Position numbers and translations under genes: made by a program | Notes under the pieces: generated by a model | What the model saw: only the letters and a program-made list of their open reading frames with translations | Databases searched by the model: none | Told to the model about the DNA's origin: nothing | NCBI RefSeq assembly: GCF_006345805.1 | Contig: NC_042998.1 | Location: 22,816,001-22,880,000, forward strand | DNA from: Octopus sinensis | Taxonomy: Eukaryota | Direction of reading: 5' to 3' | DNA length: 64,000 bases | In this document: positions 1-11,868 of the stretch, piece after piece | How positions within the stretch are numbered: the stretch's first letter is position 1 | Layout of the letters: the number at the start of each line of letters is the position of its first letter

Positions 1-10
1 CACACACACA

Positions 11-168
11 ACAGGCTTCCTCACAGTTTCCATCTACCAAAATCACTCACATAGCATTAGTTGACCTGGAGGTATAGTAGAAGACATTTGGACAATTGCC
101 CAAGGTGCTGCACAGTGGGACTGAACCCTAAACTGTGTGGTTGCAGTGTCAGCTTAACCCACACAACC
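11..168 (-). mobile_element. tRNA-derived CORE-like SINE (family B), degenerate 5' part
   Basis: Matches the head of other family-B copies (ccaaggtg..cagtgggactgaaccc). Confidence 0.7.
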
Positions 169-577
169 TATCTGAAGTAAGGGCAAAAGAAGAAAAAAAA
201 AGAAAGAAAGCAAACACGAATAGGAAGTAAATTCCTGAAGCTAGACTCTCAGGCTCCTTCATTGGTTGTGAAGAATGGTATCATCTGTGCAGGAATGAAC
301 ATTTTCAGAAGTGACTCCAAGCAGGCTGTTAATGTAGAAGAGGAAGAACCTGGATGATATAACCAAGCGTTGGTGCAAATCAGAGTTGACAGAATGCGAG
401 TCAGAGAGACCTCTATGCTATGATGGTATGATCGCATGATGGCATGGCATGGACAGGAAGCTTTCAGTCCAGTAGGTTAAAATTAATGAAGCTTATAGCA
501 AGCAGCTTAGCTGGAAGGTTCTCATACCAGACACAGTTAAAATTATTTTGATCCGTTTGATTGCTTTCTGTTTGCTT

Positions 578-1245
578 GTGTGTTTACGTCCCCGTAAAAC
601 TAGCAGTTCAGCAAAAGAGAATGATAGAATAAGTACTAGGCTTACAAAGAATGTCCTGGGGTCGATTTACTCGATTAAAGGCGGTGCTCCAGCATGACCA
701 GTCAAATGACTGAAACAAGTAACTTAGCGGTTCGGCAAAAGAGAACGATAGAATAAGTACTAGGCTTACAAAGAATAAGTCTTGGGGTCGATTTGCTCAA
801 TTAAAGGCGGTGCTCCAGCATAGCCACAGTCAAATGACTGAAACAAGTAACTTAGCGGTTTGGTAAAAGAGAACGATAGAATAAGTACTAGACTTACAAA
901 GAATAAGTTTTGGGGTCGATTTGCTCAATTAAAGGCGGTGCTCCAACATGGCCACAGTCAAATGACTGAAACAAGTAACTTAGTGGTTCGGTAAAAGAGA
1001 ACGATAGAATAAGTCCTAGGCTTACAAAGAATAAGTCCTGAGGTCGATTTACTCGATTAAAGGCAGTGCTCCAGCATGGCCACAGTCAAATGACTGAAAC
1101 AAGTAACTTAGCGGTTCGGGAAAAGAGAACGATAGAATAAGTACTAGGCTTACAAAGAATAAGTCCTGGGGTCAATTTACTCGATTAAAGGCAGTGCTCC
1201 AGCATAGCCACAATCAAATGACTGAAACAAGTAAAAGAGTAGAGT
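578..1245 (+). repeat. Tandem array of the family-B SINE 3' region: 5 units, 128-bp period
   Basis: Units start at about 597, 721, 849, 977 and 1105. The junction is at the gtaa microhomology. Confidence 0.92.
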
Positions 1246-1394
1246 AACCATCCTTGAATCAACCCCTAATTCTTTCACTGTTAACACGGGGTTCTGCTGG
1301 AACGTGGATGATATAACCAAGTCTTGGTGCAAGTCAGAGTTGACAGAATGTGAGTCAGAGAGACCTCTATGCTATGATGGTATGATTGTATGAT

Positions 1395-1626
1395 CGGCGA
1401 GCTGGCAGACAAGTTAGCACGCCGGGTGAAATGCCTAACGGTATTCCATCTGTTGTTACATTCTGAGTTCAAATTCCTCCGAGGTCGACTTTGCCTTTCA
1501 TCCTTTCGGGGTCGATAAATTAAGTACCAGTTTCGCACTTGGGGTCGATCTAATCAACTTAATCCCTTTGTCTGTCCTTGTTTGTCCCCTCTATGTTTAA
1601 CCCCTTGTGGGCAATAAAGAAATAGA
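1395..1626 (+). mobile_element. tRNA-derived SINE (family A) with 14-bp TSD
   Basis: A-box ggcgagctggcag, B-box gagttcaaattcc. TSD tatgattgYatgat at 1381-1394 and 1627-1640. Confidence 0.9.
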
Positions 1627-2286
1627 TATGATTGCATGATGGTATGGCATGACAGGAAGCTTTCAGTCCAGTAGGTTAAAATTAATGAAGCTTATACCAA
1701 GCAGCTTAGCTAGGAGGTTCTCATACCAGACGCAGTCAAAATTATTTTGATCCGTTTGATTGGTCTCTGTTTGCTTGATTTATCAGCATCAACTTCATCA
1801 GAACTGCTGTTTGCCTTGTAATGGAAGTTTCTCAAGCAAACACCCTTAGAAATCATTGTTGCAAACTTCACTTTACTGGTATACCGTATTTCTAATTCTA
1901 ATTTTTGAGCAAGTCATGAATTGCTGTGTGAGGGTGACTTCACTAATGAAGCCTAATGCTTAGTAACTGGAAATCAGGTATTTAGTTGGAGTCGAAAAAT
2001 TTGTTTCAAGTAAATTAAAAGCGAAAAAATTAATGTTATCATGTCTTTTACCTCCAGATTAATATGTCAATTGGAATTATGTAAAAAATTTCCCACTTTT
2101 ATTAGCAGTGGGACTGAACCCAGAACCATTTGCCTGGGAAGCAAGCTTCTTACCTCACTGTTTACTGTAAGAATTAAACGTATTGTAGTATTTCTTGCAT
2201 GAAATAAATTTTCAAAATTATTCTAATCCGCTTCGGTTAATTTTTTGTCTCGTTTATTATATTAAGATAATCTGTTTATTTCACAG

Positions 2287-2512
2287 ATGAAGGAACTGTT
2301 GCCAGGATCAAGTATCTATATATATGATGAGCAACTCCATGGTGTAAGGAAGAAGGCTTATGATAAAAAAGGCAAAATAGATGGACGCAGAATGGCCAGG
2401 CAGCTAATGAATATCTTCTTCAAGAGACATGAACTCATCAACTGTTCAATTTCCTCAAGCCCTGCTGCTGGCAAAACCCAACTGAATCCAGTTCTTGTTA
2501 ACAGCATCATCT
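2287..2512 (+). CDS. BEN-domain protein, penultimate coding exon (upstream exons not identified)
   Basis: Acceptor tttattttcacag at 2286 and donor gtgagt at 2513. Open frame MKELLPGSSIYIYDEQL...MARQLMNIFFKRHELINCSI...LNPVLVNSII fits the BEN pattern (L.pG..vyi...ql; marrLm..fF...El..cS; LdP..v.aI). The other two frames hit early stops. Confidence 0.8.
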
Positions 2513-2530
2513 GTGAGTGAATGTCTACAC

Positions 2531-2567
<37 letters not shown>

Positions 2568-2689
2568 TAGATTTGCTTTTATGTTTTTCCTTGTTTTAGT
2601 CATTAGACTGCAGCCATGCTGGAGCACCGTCTTGAAGAATTTTAATTGAACACATTGATCCTTGTACTTGTTTGTTTAAACCTGCCACT

Positions 2690-3110
2690 TATTCTTTTTA
2701 TGTGCCACCAGCAGAGGAGCCAGTCAGGCGGGCCTGGCATCAATCATGTTGAGATAGTGCGTTTTACAGTCCACCAGCATGGGAGCCAGTGAGGGGGCAC
2801 TAGTATCGACCACATTCGGATGGTGCTTTTTATGTGCCACCAGCACGGGAGCTAGTCAGGCAGCTCTGGTATCGATCAGATTTGGATAGTGCTTTTTATG
2901 TGCCACCAGCATGGGAGCCAATCAGGCGGTCCTGGCATCAACCACATTCAGATGCTGCCTTTTACATGCCACTGGCATGGGAGCCAGTCAGGTGAACCTG
3001 GCATCAACTATGTTTGGATGGTGCTTTTTACATGCCACCGGCACAGGAGCCAGTCATGGGGCACTGGCCTTGACCGCGTTCGGATGATGCATTTTACGTG
3101 CCACTCTTAA
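2690..3110 (-). mobile_element. RTE LINE 3'-UTR fragment with ~60-bp internal repeats
   Basis: Repeated ggtgcttttt(a)tgtgccacc units like those in the 17670-20807 RTE 3' UTR. Confidence 0.7.
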
Positions 3111-4369
3111 ATCGTATATGTTGTATGTGACAAAATATACAATAGGGAAATCAGTCAGGTATATTCTTACATGAATCAGTGCAAGGAAATGAAATCTTAA
3201 ATGATGTCCATTGAATGCAACAGGTTACTGAGTATTACCTGGTGACCTACAGTTGTGCAACTACCAATTTAGAGATTTTTACCTGCGTTTCACTGGATAC
3301 CGATAGCAGAAGTGCTGCAGAGTAGATTTCCAATTATGATAGTATTGCATCAGCTGGCAATCAAATGCTTTTATTATCAGGTTGTCAAGTTCTGTATAAA
3401 AATGGAAGCAGTGCTACTGGTAAAAACAAACGAGAAAAAAAGACAAAGAAAAACAGAGACAAAAAGAAAGAAAAACAAGGCAAAAAATTAGCAGTTTTCT
3501 TTAGCCTTGATTGGAAAATCCTACAATGTTATTTTCCATAAGAATGGAAATCATTTGTGGTTATTTCAAGCTGGTAGCGAGAGGGATGTTGTATTAGCTT
3601 TTGCAAGAACAGTGAACAACATAGAGACTGCTTCACGTAAATGCTTCTGATCTCTCTATCTCTTTCTTTCTCGCTCTTTCTCTCTGTCTGTCTGTCTGCC
3701 TCTCTCGTTCTTTCTTTCTCTCTCTCGCTCTCCTTTTCTTTCTTTCTTTCTTTCTAATCTCATTTCCCCCCATAATTTTGCCAAACACTGAATATCTAAA
3801 TCAATGAGCGATATTATCTCTTATTGTTTTATGACTAAGAATCTGGAGAATATCTCTGAACTCTGCTCTTTTTTTTTTTTTTTCCCAACCAATTCCTGCA
3901 TCAAGGGATATTATATATTTTGATGATTTATGGCTGAGACTCTTGAGATTTTCCAATGCCAACAATTGTTTACACACTCAAGCAATATTCTCTCCATCTT
4001 GGTGTGTTACATTAATGTCCGCTGCTAGTAATCTCTACATTTTAAATGAAATCTTGTTCACTTGTCCTCGATATTAAGTAGACAAGACCATCACACAAAC
4101 ATACGCACATACACAAACACACATACACATATACATACGCATACAAATGTGTTATGCACACACGTATGCAAAAACACACACAAACACACAATCACACATG
4201 CACAAACACACATACGCAAACACACATAAACAAATACACATACGCAAACACACATACACAAATACATAAACATACAAATGTGTTATGCACAAACACACAG
4301 AAACACACACACAATCACAAACACACACAGCTTAAATCTAATTAACTGCATATGTATATGTGTGTGTAT

Positions 4370-4413
<44 letters not shown>

Positions 4414-4942
4414 TGTGTGTGTGTTTCTACTTATGTAGTTCCTTGAAAGAAATACATCTTGGTTGCTAACAAAATTGTAGAAATATAAACATCATCATTA
4501 TGATTTTACATCTACACTGGCACATAATAGACAAGTTGTCACATTCTCAGTTATTAAAATAGCCACCTATATATCATAGTTAATGCATAAACAATGTCAA
4601 TAGGCTAGTTAATGCATTGCTTGTCCTAAAATAACATCTCTTATGGACATGATATGTTAAAAACACAATAAATATCAGAAGGCAAAGCTTCATCTCAGCA
4701 ATGGCCAATGAGAATGCTACATGCATTTTAGTCTTTTTGGACCTTCTCAGTGGCACATGCTCATGGCCACCTTGATGCTCAGGTGAGAATTTATCATCTC
4801 TGATTTAGGATGCGTGATTAAAATATTCACTGACATTGTGAGTAACTGTCTGGCTGAACAGAAATTTGATATATATTTCATGAAGCAGTATTAGCCAAAA
4901 AAATAGCCATCTATGCATCATACTTAATGTATACACACAAGA

Positions 4943-5240
4943 TGTGTGGCTTAGTGAATAGGGTATTTGGTTAATGATCATAAGCTTGGGAGTTTCATAC
5001 CCATTGGCTCATCGTGTCCTAGAACAAGACACTTTATTTCTTGTTGCTCCAGTTCACTCAGCTGGCAAAATTGAGTTGTACCTGTATTTCAAAGGGCCGG
5101 CCTTGTCACATTCTGTGTCACGCTGAATCTCCCTGAGAACTATGTTAAGGGTACATGTGTTTGTGGAGTGCTCAACCACTTGCACACCAATCTCGTGAAC
5201 AGCCTGTTCCGTTGATCAGGCCAACTGGAACACACATCAT
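4943..5240 (+). mobile_element. tRNA-derived SINE (family D)
   Basis: tggcttagtg..ggg A-box head and gtgtcct.gaacaagacac body. Homologous to 30375-30680 and 24928-25230. Confidence 0.7.
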
Positions 5241-5477
5241 CATAACTTACAGAATGTCAGTTTTGGTTATTTAAAATTCTTGGCTCTTCCTGTGAATTCT
5301 AGTTGACTTTAGCTGAAGGCCACAATTCTGGGACCAGGATGCAATTGATTACATCAACCTTATGATTGACTAGTATTTAATTCATTAAACCATGGGACAA
5401 AAAATTGGCAAAGCTAACCTCAGTATAATTTGAACCCAGAATGTGAAGTGTCATAACTAAACACCACTAAGTATTCA

Positions 5478-5835
5478 TTATCATCATCATCATCATCATT
5501 TAATGTCCGCTTTCCATGCTAGCATGGGCTGGACGGTTCGACTGGGGTCTGGGAAGCCAGGAGATTGTACCAGGCTCCAGCTTCCACTAGTTGGCTGCTA
5601 AACACAAGATTTGTCCAGTAGACCAGCCATATTTTTTATACATATTAACTTAAGTAGAAATTGTTTAGTTTCTAGTCTAAAAGTACGAGGATTAATTTAC
5701 CACCAAAGCTTTTGGATATCACATGTTATTGCTTACAATACGACTTCACCTAGAATATTCTAAAATTATATGAATATTTCATCAATGGATGCCCTTCCTA
5801 ACACCAACCACTCCGTGAGTGTAGTGGGTGCTTTT
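5478..5835 (-). mobile_element. RTE 3' tail element interrupted by a 207-bp foreign insert (5581-5787)
   Basis: (cat)n-tttaatgtccgctttccatgctagc...ctccag | insert | gatgcccttcctaacacc. Confidence 0.85.
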
Positions 5836-6281
5836 TTTTTATTATTTGTGTTAATTCACAGACCTTCCTGAAATGCTAATATGGGCTGCAATTTTAAGGC
5901 CAAAAACTGGCAGAATTGTTAGCATGCCTGGCAAAATGTTGAGCAATATTTAATTCGTCTCTATGTTCTGAATTCAAATTCAACCGAGGTTGACTTAATC
6001 CTTTATCTTTTCAGGGTCAATAGAATAAGAACCCATTGAGGACTGGGGTAAATGTAATTGACTTAACCCCTTCCTTGAAACTGCTGGCCTAGTGCCAGAA
6101 TTTGAAACCAGTATGGGCCGCCATATTGTACTTTATAAGCACCATTTCGGTTGATAAAATAAGTACCAGTTGACGATCATAGGGATTGCTGTAATCAGTT
6201 TACCCACTTCACCAAAACACTTTAAGCCAAAAAGGGCTGCAATTAATTAATTACTTTTTGTAATCACCAATTAGTATTTTA

Positions 6282-6493
6282 CTCTTTTACATGTTTCAAT
6301 CATTTGACTGTTGCCATGCTGGAGCACTGTCTTTAGTCGAGCAAATCAACACCAGGACTTATTTTTTGTAAGCTTAGTACTTATTCTATCGGTCTCTTTT
6401 GCTGAACTGCTAAGCTATGGGGATGTAAAAACACCAGCATCGATTGTCAATTGATGTTGGGGGGGACAAACACAGACACACAAACATATACAG

Positions 6494-6528
<35 letters not shown>

Positions 6529-6600
6529 TATATACGATGGGCTTCTTTCAATTTCCATCTACCAAATGCACTCACAAGGCTTTGGTCAGCCGGAGGCTAT
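6282..6600 (-). mobile_element. Family-B CORE-like SINE (5'-truncated) inside the BEN intron
   Basis: Homology to other copies. Confidence 0.85.
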
Positions 6601-6679
6601 ATTTTAATTCATGCTTCTTTCTTTTCTTTTCTTTTCCATATTTTCCTTATATCTCTCTTTCTTTCTCTTTCTCCACCAG

Positions 6680-6810
6680 CATACTGCCAAGTGAATTCCA
6701 CCACCCTCAAAAGTGCAATCAAAGACGCTATGTGGTCAAAAATAACTTCTGCCAATGCGAAATTCGCCAAGAAAATGAAAATACAGCAGATTCAACAGAT
6801 CCAGAGGTAG
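6680..6810 (+). CDS. BEN-domain protein, terminal coding exon
   Basis: Strong polypyrimidine tract plus ccag at 6679. The phase-1 join T|CA gives ...NSII-S-YCQVNSTTLKSAIKDAMWSKITSANAKFAKKMKIQQIQQIQR*, completing the last BEN helices. TAG at 6808-6810. Confidence 0.72.
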
Positions 6811-7289
6811 AGAAAGAAAAGGAAAAGAGCTCTACACGGACTTTTTTTCCCTCTTTTTTTTCTCTTTTCTTTTTTAGATGAATATCTCATCCCTGCCTTT
6901 ATTCTGTGGACATATAAGCATAAAATGCATATTGGAACATCAACATACTCCATTCCAGCATGTCTAGCTTCTTTGCAAAATTTCTATGCAAATATATATA
7001 TATATATATATATACATTGATATATCTATATATATGTGTGTGTATGTGTTTGTATGTGTGTGTGGTAGGAGTAAATATGTGTGTACGTGTAAGAGAAAGG
7101 GAATGTGTGTGTGTGTGTGTTGAACAAAGTCAATTATATCAACTGTGACATAAAACAACAGAAAATGAGACTGATGCTGAAATTCTGTTTACTGTTCATC
7201 TCAGCATGAAAATAATTTCAGTGATGTGAAGTAGTGAAACTGCTGATTATCAACGGAGAGCTTTCATGTCTACAAATTAATCAAAGTGG

Positions 7290-7304
7290 TTTTATATGCA
7301 TATA

Positions 7305-7350
<46 letters not shown>

Positions 7351-7495
7351 TATACTTATATACTTGTAAGCATACATATATGTGTGTATGTATATATGCA
7401 TGTACATATATATATATCTATATGTGCATATGTATATAAATTTGTATATACCTATATCTATATGAATACATATATATATGTATATATTATACACA

Positions 7496-7528
<33 letters not shown>

Positions 7529-7731
7529 GCATGTATGTATGTATGTATATGTATATATATACATATGTATATATCTATATATATATATATATATATGTAT
7601 ATATGTGTATGTATATACAACATATATGTGTATATGTATATATATATATGTATATATACATATATATATTGTGGATATTGTATATATATATATGTACATA
7701 CATATATATACATTATATATATACATTACAT

Positions 7732-7776
<45 letters not shown>

Positions 7777-8039
7777 TATATAATATATCACACACTATAT
7801 TATTATATACATGATATATTATATGTTATATCCATATACATTATATACTAGCATGGAAAACTTTACGATGATAATATATTTATGTGTATTTATATATGTA
7901 TATTATATGTACATAGTATTTATATATAATATATTACATGTATACTATATATATATACATATTATATTACATGTACACTATATATATATAATATATATTA
8001 CATGTACACTATATATATATATATATCTATATATATAAT

Positions 8040-8085
<46 letters not shown>

Positions 8086-8111
8086 CTCTAGATGTATGTA
8101 TGTCATATATA

Positions 8112-8145
<34 letters not shown>

Positions 8146-8150
8146 CCACA
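7290..8150. repeat. Complex (TA)n/(TACA)n microsatellite field
   Basis: Direct inspection. Confidence 0.95.
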
Positions 8151-8860
8151 CACTTAAGCAGGTGGCTGACTTCAAAGATGCCGCAGTATGTGATGAGTAG
8201 GTGAGGCGAGCTGCTCGTTTCCAAGGATTATTGATGCTTATCAACATTGAAGATATTCAGCTAAAACTTAGGCAGAACAAACTATAACAGGATGAGAATC
8301 CATTTCTCTTTGCTTGATATTCTTTCACTCTGTTTCAATCAAGCATCAATTTTCATTCTGTGTTGGTCATTATTCTATTTTATCATTGAAACCGTCACCT
8401 ACATCTTATTCTCCTCATATAATGCTGTTTGCAATTACTATAAATTATACACTTTGTACTTTGATTTTAAATTTCCATATTTTCTATTTATGCTACAATT
8501 ATCGGTACCCATCGTTCACTAAACTCCCTATCTACCTGAATGCAATGGAATCATAACTGACAACAGATTGTAACATATGGCATGTTTTTTGACAGATTAT
8601 CTTGCACACACACCCAGAAACACACACATACACAAAAATACCCCCCCACACACAACTTTTTATCATATACTGAATTTGTTAAATATTATTGAAACTGAAT
8701 ATCATTTTTAGTTCTGTAATAAGTTACCAAAACAGACAGTTTGTTGTTGGTTTGAACCCCACAGGCCAGCAACAATTGTCTTTTAGTTCTGGTATGCATT
8801 ATCTATTATGTATATACATATATCTATTATATATTTTTAATTCACTAAGCCTGAAAACAA

Positions 8861-8902
<42 letters not shown>

Positions 8903-9919
8903 GCATTTAACTTATTTAAAAGTTCTTTTATTTCTTGCCCCCGCCCATCCAACTCAACATAAATGTTTTAAATTGTACATTTTGAAATTTCCTTCTACAT
9001 CGCATCTTTCCTTTATACATATCTATTATTGTTATTTGAATGTATTATGTTAGCTTGCTTACAGTAATAATTAAAATTATTTATGGTAAGCTAATACTAA
9101 ATTATTTCATCTGTTAGTTTACACATTCTAAATTATGAAGGTTTTTATCTTTTCAAAATGCTTCATTTTTTTTTTTGTGCATTGAATGATTCCTAAATGA
9201 GAAAAAAAATTGAAAATATCATTTTTGGGGGTTTTTTTTTCTTTCTAAGTAAATATTTCATATTTTAAAAATTTATTTGAACATAATCTCAACATCTGCA
9301 ACTAATTTTGATAAACTTCACAAAATTAAGTATTCCTGTTACTAATGACAACATGTTAAATGAAAGGGGAACTAATTAAAGTCCATTATCATATAATTAT
9401 ATAGGTTTAGCTCTTTTATTTTTTTCCTAAACCTTTAGCTGAAAACTGTTTCAAATTTTTGCAGGTACTTAGTGAGTTTTCAATAGTTGCTAAATAACCT
9501 TAGTATCTAATCAGACATTGTACTCTGGCCAACACAATGGTGTTGGTCTTTAGTGTTGGAGGTTAATCTTTCCACTAGTTGGCAGCTAAAAAACAAGATT
9601 TGACCAGTAGACCAGCCATATTTTTTATACATATTAACTTATGTAGAAATTGTTTAGTTTCTAGTCTAAAAGTACGAGGATTAATTTACCACCAAAGCTT
9701 TTGGATATCACATGTTATTGCTTACAATACGACTTCATCTAGAATATTCTAAAACTATATGAATATTTCATCAATGTAAGAATACTTATGCATTCATTTA
9801 TACTGACATGGTGCTAGTAAATATTTGCTTCTAATGTTATGATTTAAAAAAAAGAAACATGGAGAATGGGAAGTGTGTAATTTTTGTAGGAAGTGGTATA
9901 TAGATGGTTGAATCGATCC

Positions 9920-10019
9920 NNNNNNNNNNNNNNNNNNNNNNNNNNNNNNNNNNNNNNNNNNNNNNNNNNNNNNNNNNNNNNNNNNNNNNNNNNNNNNNNN
10001 NNNNNNNNNNNNNNNNNNN
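9920..10019. other. Assembly gap (100 N)
   Basis: Run of N. Confidence 0.99.
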
Positions 10020-10384
10020 GAAGTGAATGACAAGCCTTTTTTTTAGATATTTCTTTGCTGGGGTAGAGGAAGATATTATTATTCAGGCAGGGCCTTTCAT
10101 CAAATATAGAAAACTATTTCAATAAGCATTATGAGAGAAATCCAAAAAATAAACAGAACAATTCCAGCTCGTGTTGAATGATTTAGAAAATTATTATTGA
10201 CACTCTACAAAGCTCGGGTACCGCCATTGAAACCCTAAGCACTTAAAAGATATTGGTGTCCCCATAAAAGATTATGCAATCCAAAATATACACAGTAATA
10301 AGCCATAAAATAAAGTTTTATTTTTCAAAATGAAACAAAACTGTAAACATTAAGATAATGTTTATATTTGTGTACTTCCACTTT

Positions 10385-10500
10385 ATTTATATTTAAAAAG
10401 TCTTCTTCAAATTTTCTGTTAATTGCAAAGTACTTGGTCAGATCCTCAAAAGCAATCTTACGTAACACACTTGCTTCTATACTTAACAGAGATGAGGCAT
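10385..10500 (-). pseudogene. hAT transposase C-terminal (dimerisation-domain) relic
   Basis: The minus strand reads SLLSIEASVLRKIAFEDLTKYFA, resembling the LALLSIE..lr.idfdd.i..FA end of ZMYM1-like hAT transposases. Confidence 0.5.
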
Positions 10501-10656
10501 CCCGAATATTATTTTTGCAGTTTTAAAGTGATTTTCTTTTGGCCGTAAACCATTTACCATTTCTGTGGTACCCCCTCCCACTCTCACAGCCACCGCTTCC
10601 CTTGGTGCCCCTAAGCACGTGCTGGTTTTGCTTAATGGTTAATCTGGCCCTGGAAG

Positions 10657-10885
10657 GCGGCGAGCTAGTAGAAACGTTAGCACGCCGAGCAAAATGCGTA
10701 GCCGTATTTCGTCTGCCGTTACGTTCTGAGTTCAAATTCCGCCGAGGTCGACTTTGCCTTTCATCCTTTCGGAGTCGATAAATTAAGTACCAGTTTCGCA
10801 CTGGGGTCGATGTAATCGACTTAATCCGTTTGTCTGTCCTTGTTTGTCCTCTCTGTGTTTAGGCCCTTGTGGGTAGTAAAGAAAC
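10657..10885 (+). mobile_element. Family-A tRNA SINE
   Basis: Full head and body. Confidence 0.9.
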
Positions 10886-10899
10886 AGAAATAGGTTAAT

Positions 10900-11340
10900 C
10901 TGGTACTGGGTACGACCCACGATGGAGTTTTGTACTCACAGCCGAGAGTGTATAGCCACAACACAAACAGTTTCCCAAGAGCGCATTCACAAAAGACTCA
11001 TTCGATTAATTTGCATAAAGTCACTCGCAGACACTCTTTTGCCTCTGGTCTACAGGCGCGTTGTCTCCTCTCTCTGTTGCCTTTTCTACTAATTCTATAA
11101 CAGTCTCTGCTCTTCGAAACTGGCGTGGTTCGTTCCACCTCCCTCAAGTATTCCAGACTTGTTCCTGTCTCCTTCCCTTATCGCCCTTTTTCTGTCCAAC
11201 ACCCCAGAACGAGGATGATGTTAGAACATTCATTTCGCCTAGTCCCAATGTCCCTCTGGAATTCCCTTCTCGCTCGTTTCTTTCCTGCAGGTTTTGACTT
11301 GCAGTAATTTATGTGGAATATTAATGATGTTACTGTCACT
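10900..11340 (+). mobile_element. Decayed CR1/Jockey-group LINE ORF2 C-terminus
   Basis: HKRLIRLI...LVYRRVVSSL...SLWNSLLARFFPAGFDLQ resembles the RRxVxSL / SLWNSLP..vFP...dLQ LINE C-terminal motifs. Contains stops and frameshifts. Confidence 0.65.
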
Positions 11341-11352
11341 GGAGACAAAGTA

Positions 11353-11868
11353 TAAATAATCCTTTCTACTCTAGGCACAATGCCTGAAATTTGGGGGTAC
11401 CTAATTTATCGACCCCGAAAGGATGAAAGGTGAAGTCGACCTCGGCGGAATTTGAACTCGGAATGTAGCGACAGGCGAAATACCTATTTCTTTACTACCC
11501 ACAAGGGGCTAAACACAGAGGAGACAAACAAGGACAGACAGACGGATTAATTCGATTATATCGACCCCAGTGCGTAACTGGTACTTAATTTATCGACCCC
11601 GAAAGGATGAAAGGCAAAGTCGACCTCGGCGGAATTTGAACTCGGAATGTAGCGACAGGCGAAATATCGCTGAGCATTTCACCCGCCGTGCTAACGACTC
11701 TGTCAGCTCACCGCCTTAGACAAGGTATAAATAATCCTTTCTACTATAAGCACAAGGCCTGAAATTTGGGGGGATGGGGGCCAATCGATTAGATCGACCC
11801 CAGTACGCAACTGGTACTTAATTTATCGACCTCGGTAGGATAAAAGACAAAGTCGACCTCGGCGGAAT
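11353..11868 (-). mobile_element. Cluster of family-A SINEs, including a tandem dimer (11395-11717) and alternative-tail variants
   Basis: Repeated aaagtcgacctcggcggaatttgaactc heads. Duplicated taaataatcctttctac tails at 11353 and 11727. Confidence 0.85.

Larger units (their letters stand above)
346..1777 (+). repeat. Local ~230-bp duplication (346-578 and 1300-1777); the second copy carries a SINE insertion
   Basis: Direct alignment of the two copies. The SINE sits at a site that is empty in copy 1 (427-440). Confidence 0.9.

Noticed and set aside
3307-3491. Alternative BEN terminal exon (S-EVLQSRFP...AIKC)
   Set aside because: Phase-compatible but with a weak polypyrimidine tract. The 6680 exon has a much better acceptor. 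Not excluded as an alternative exon.
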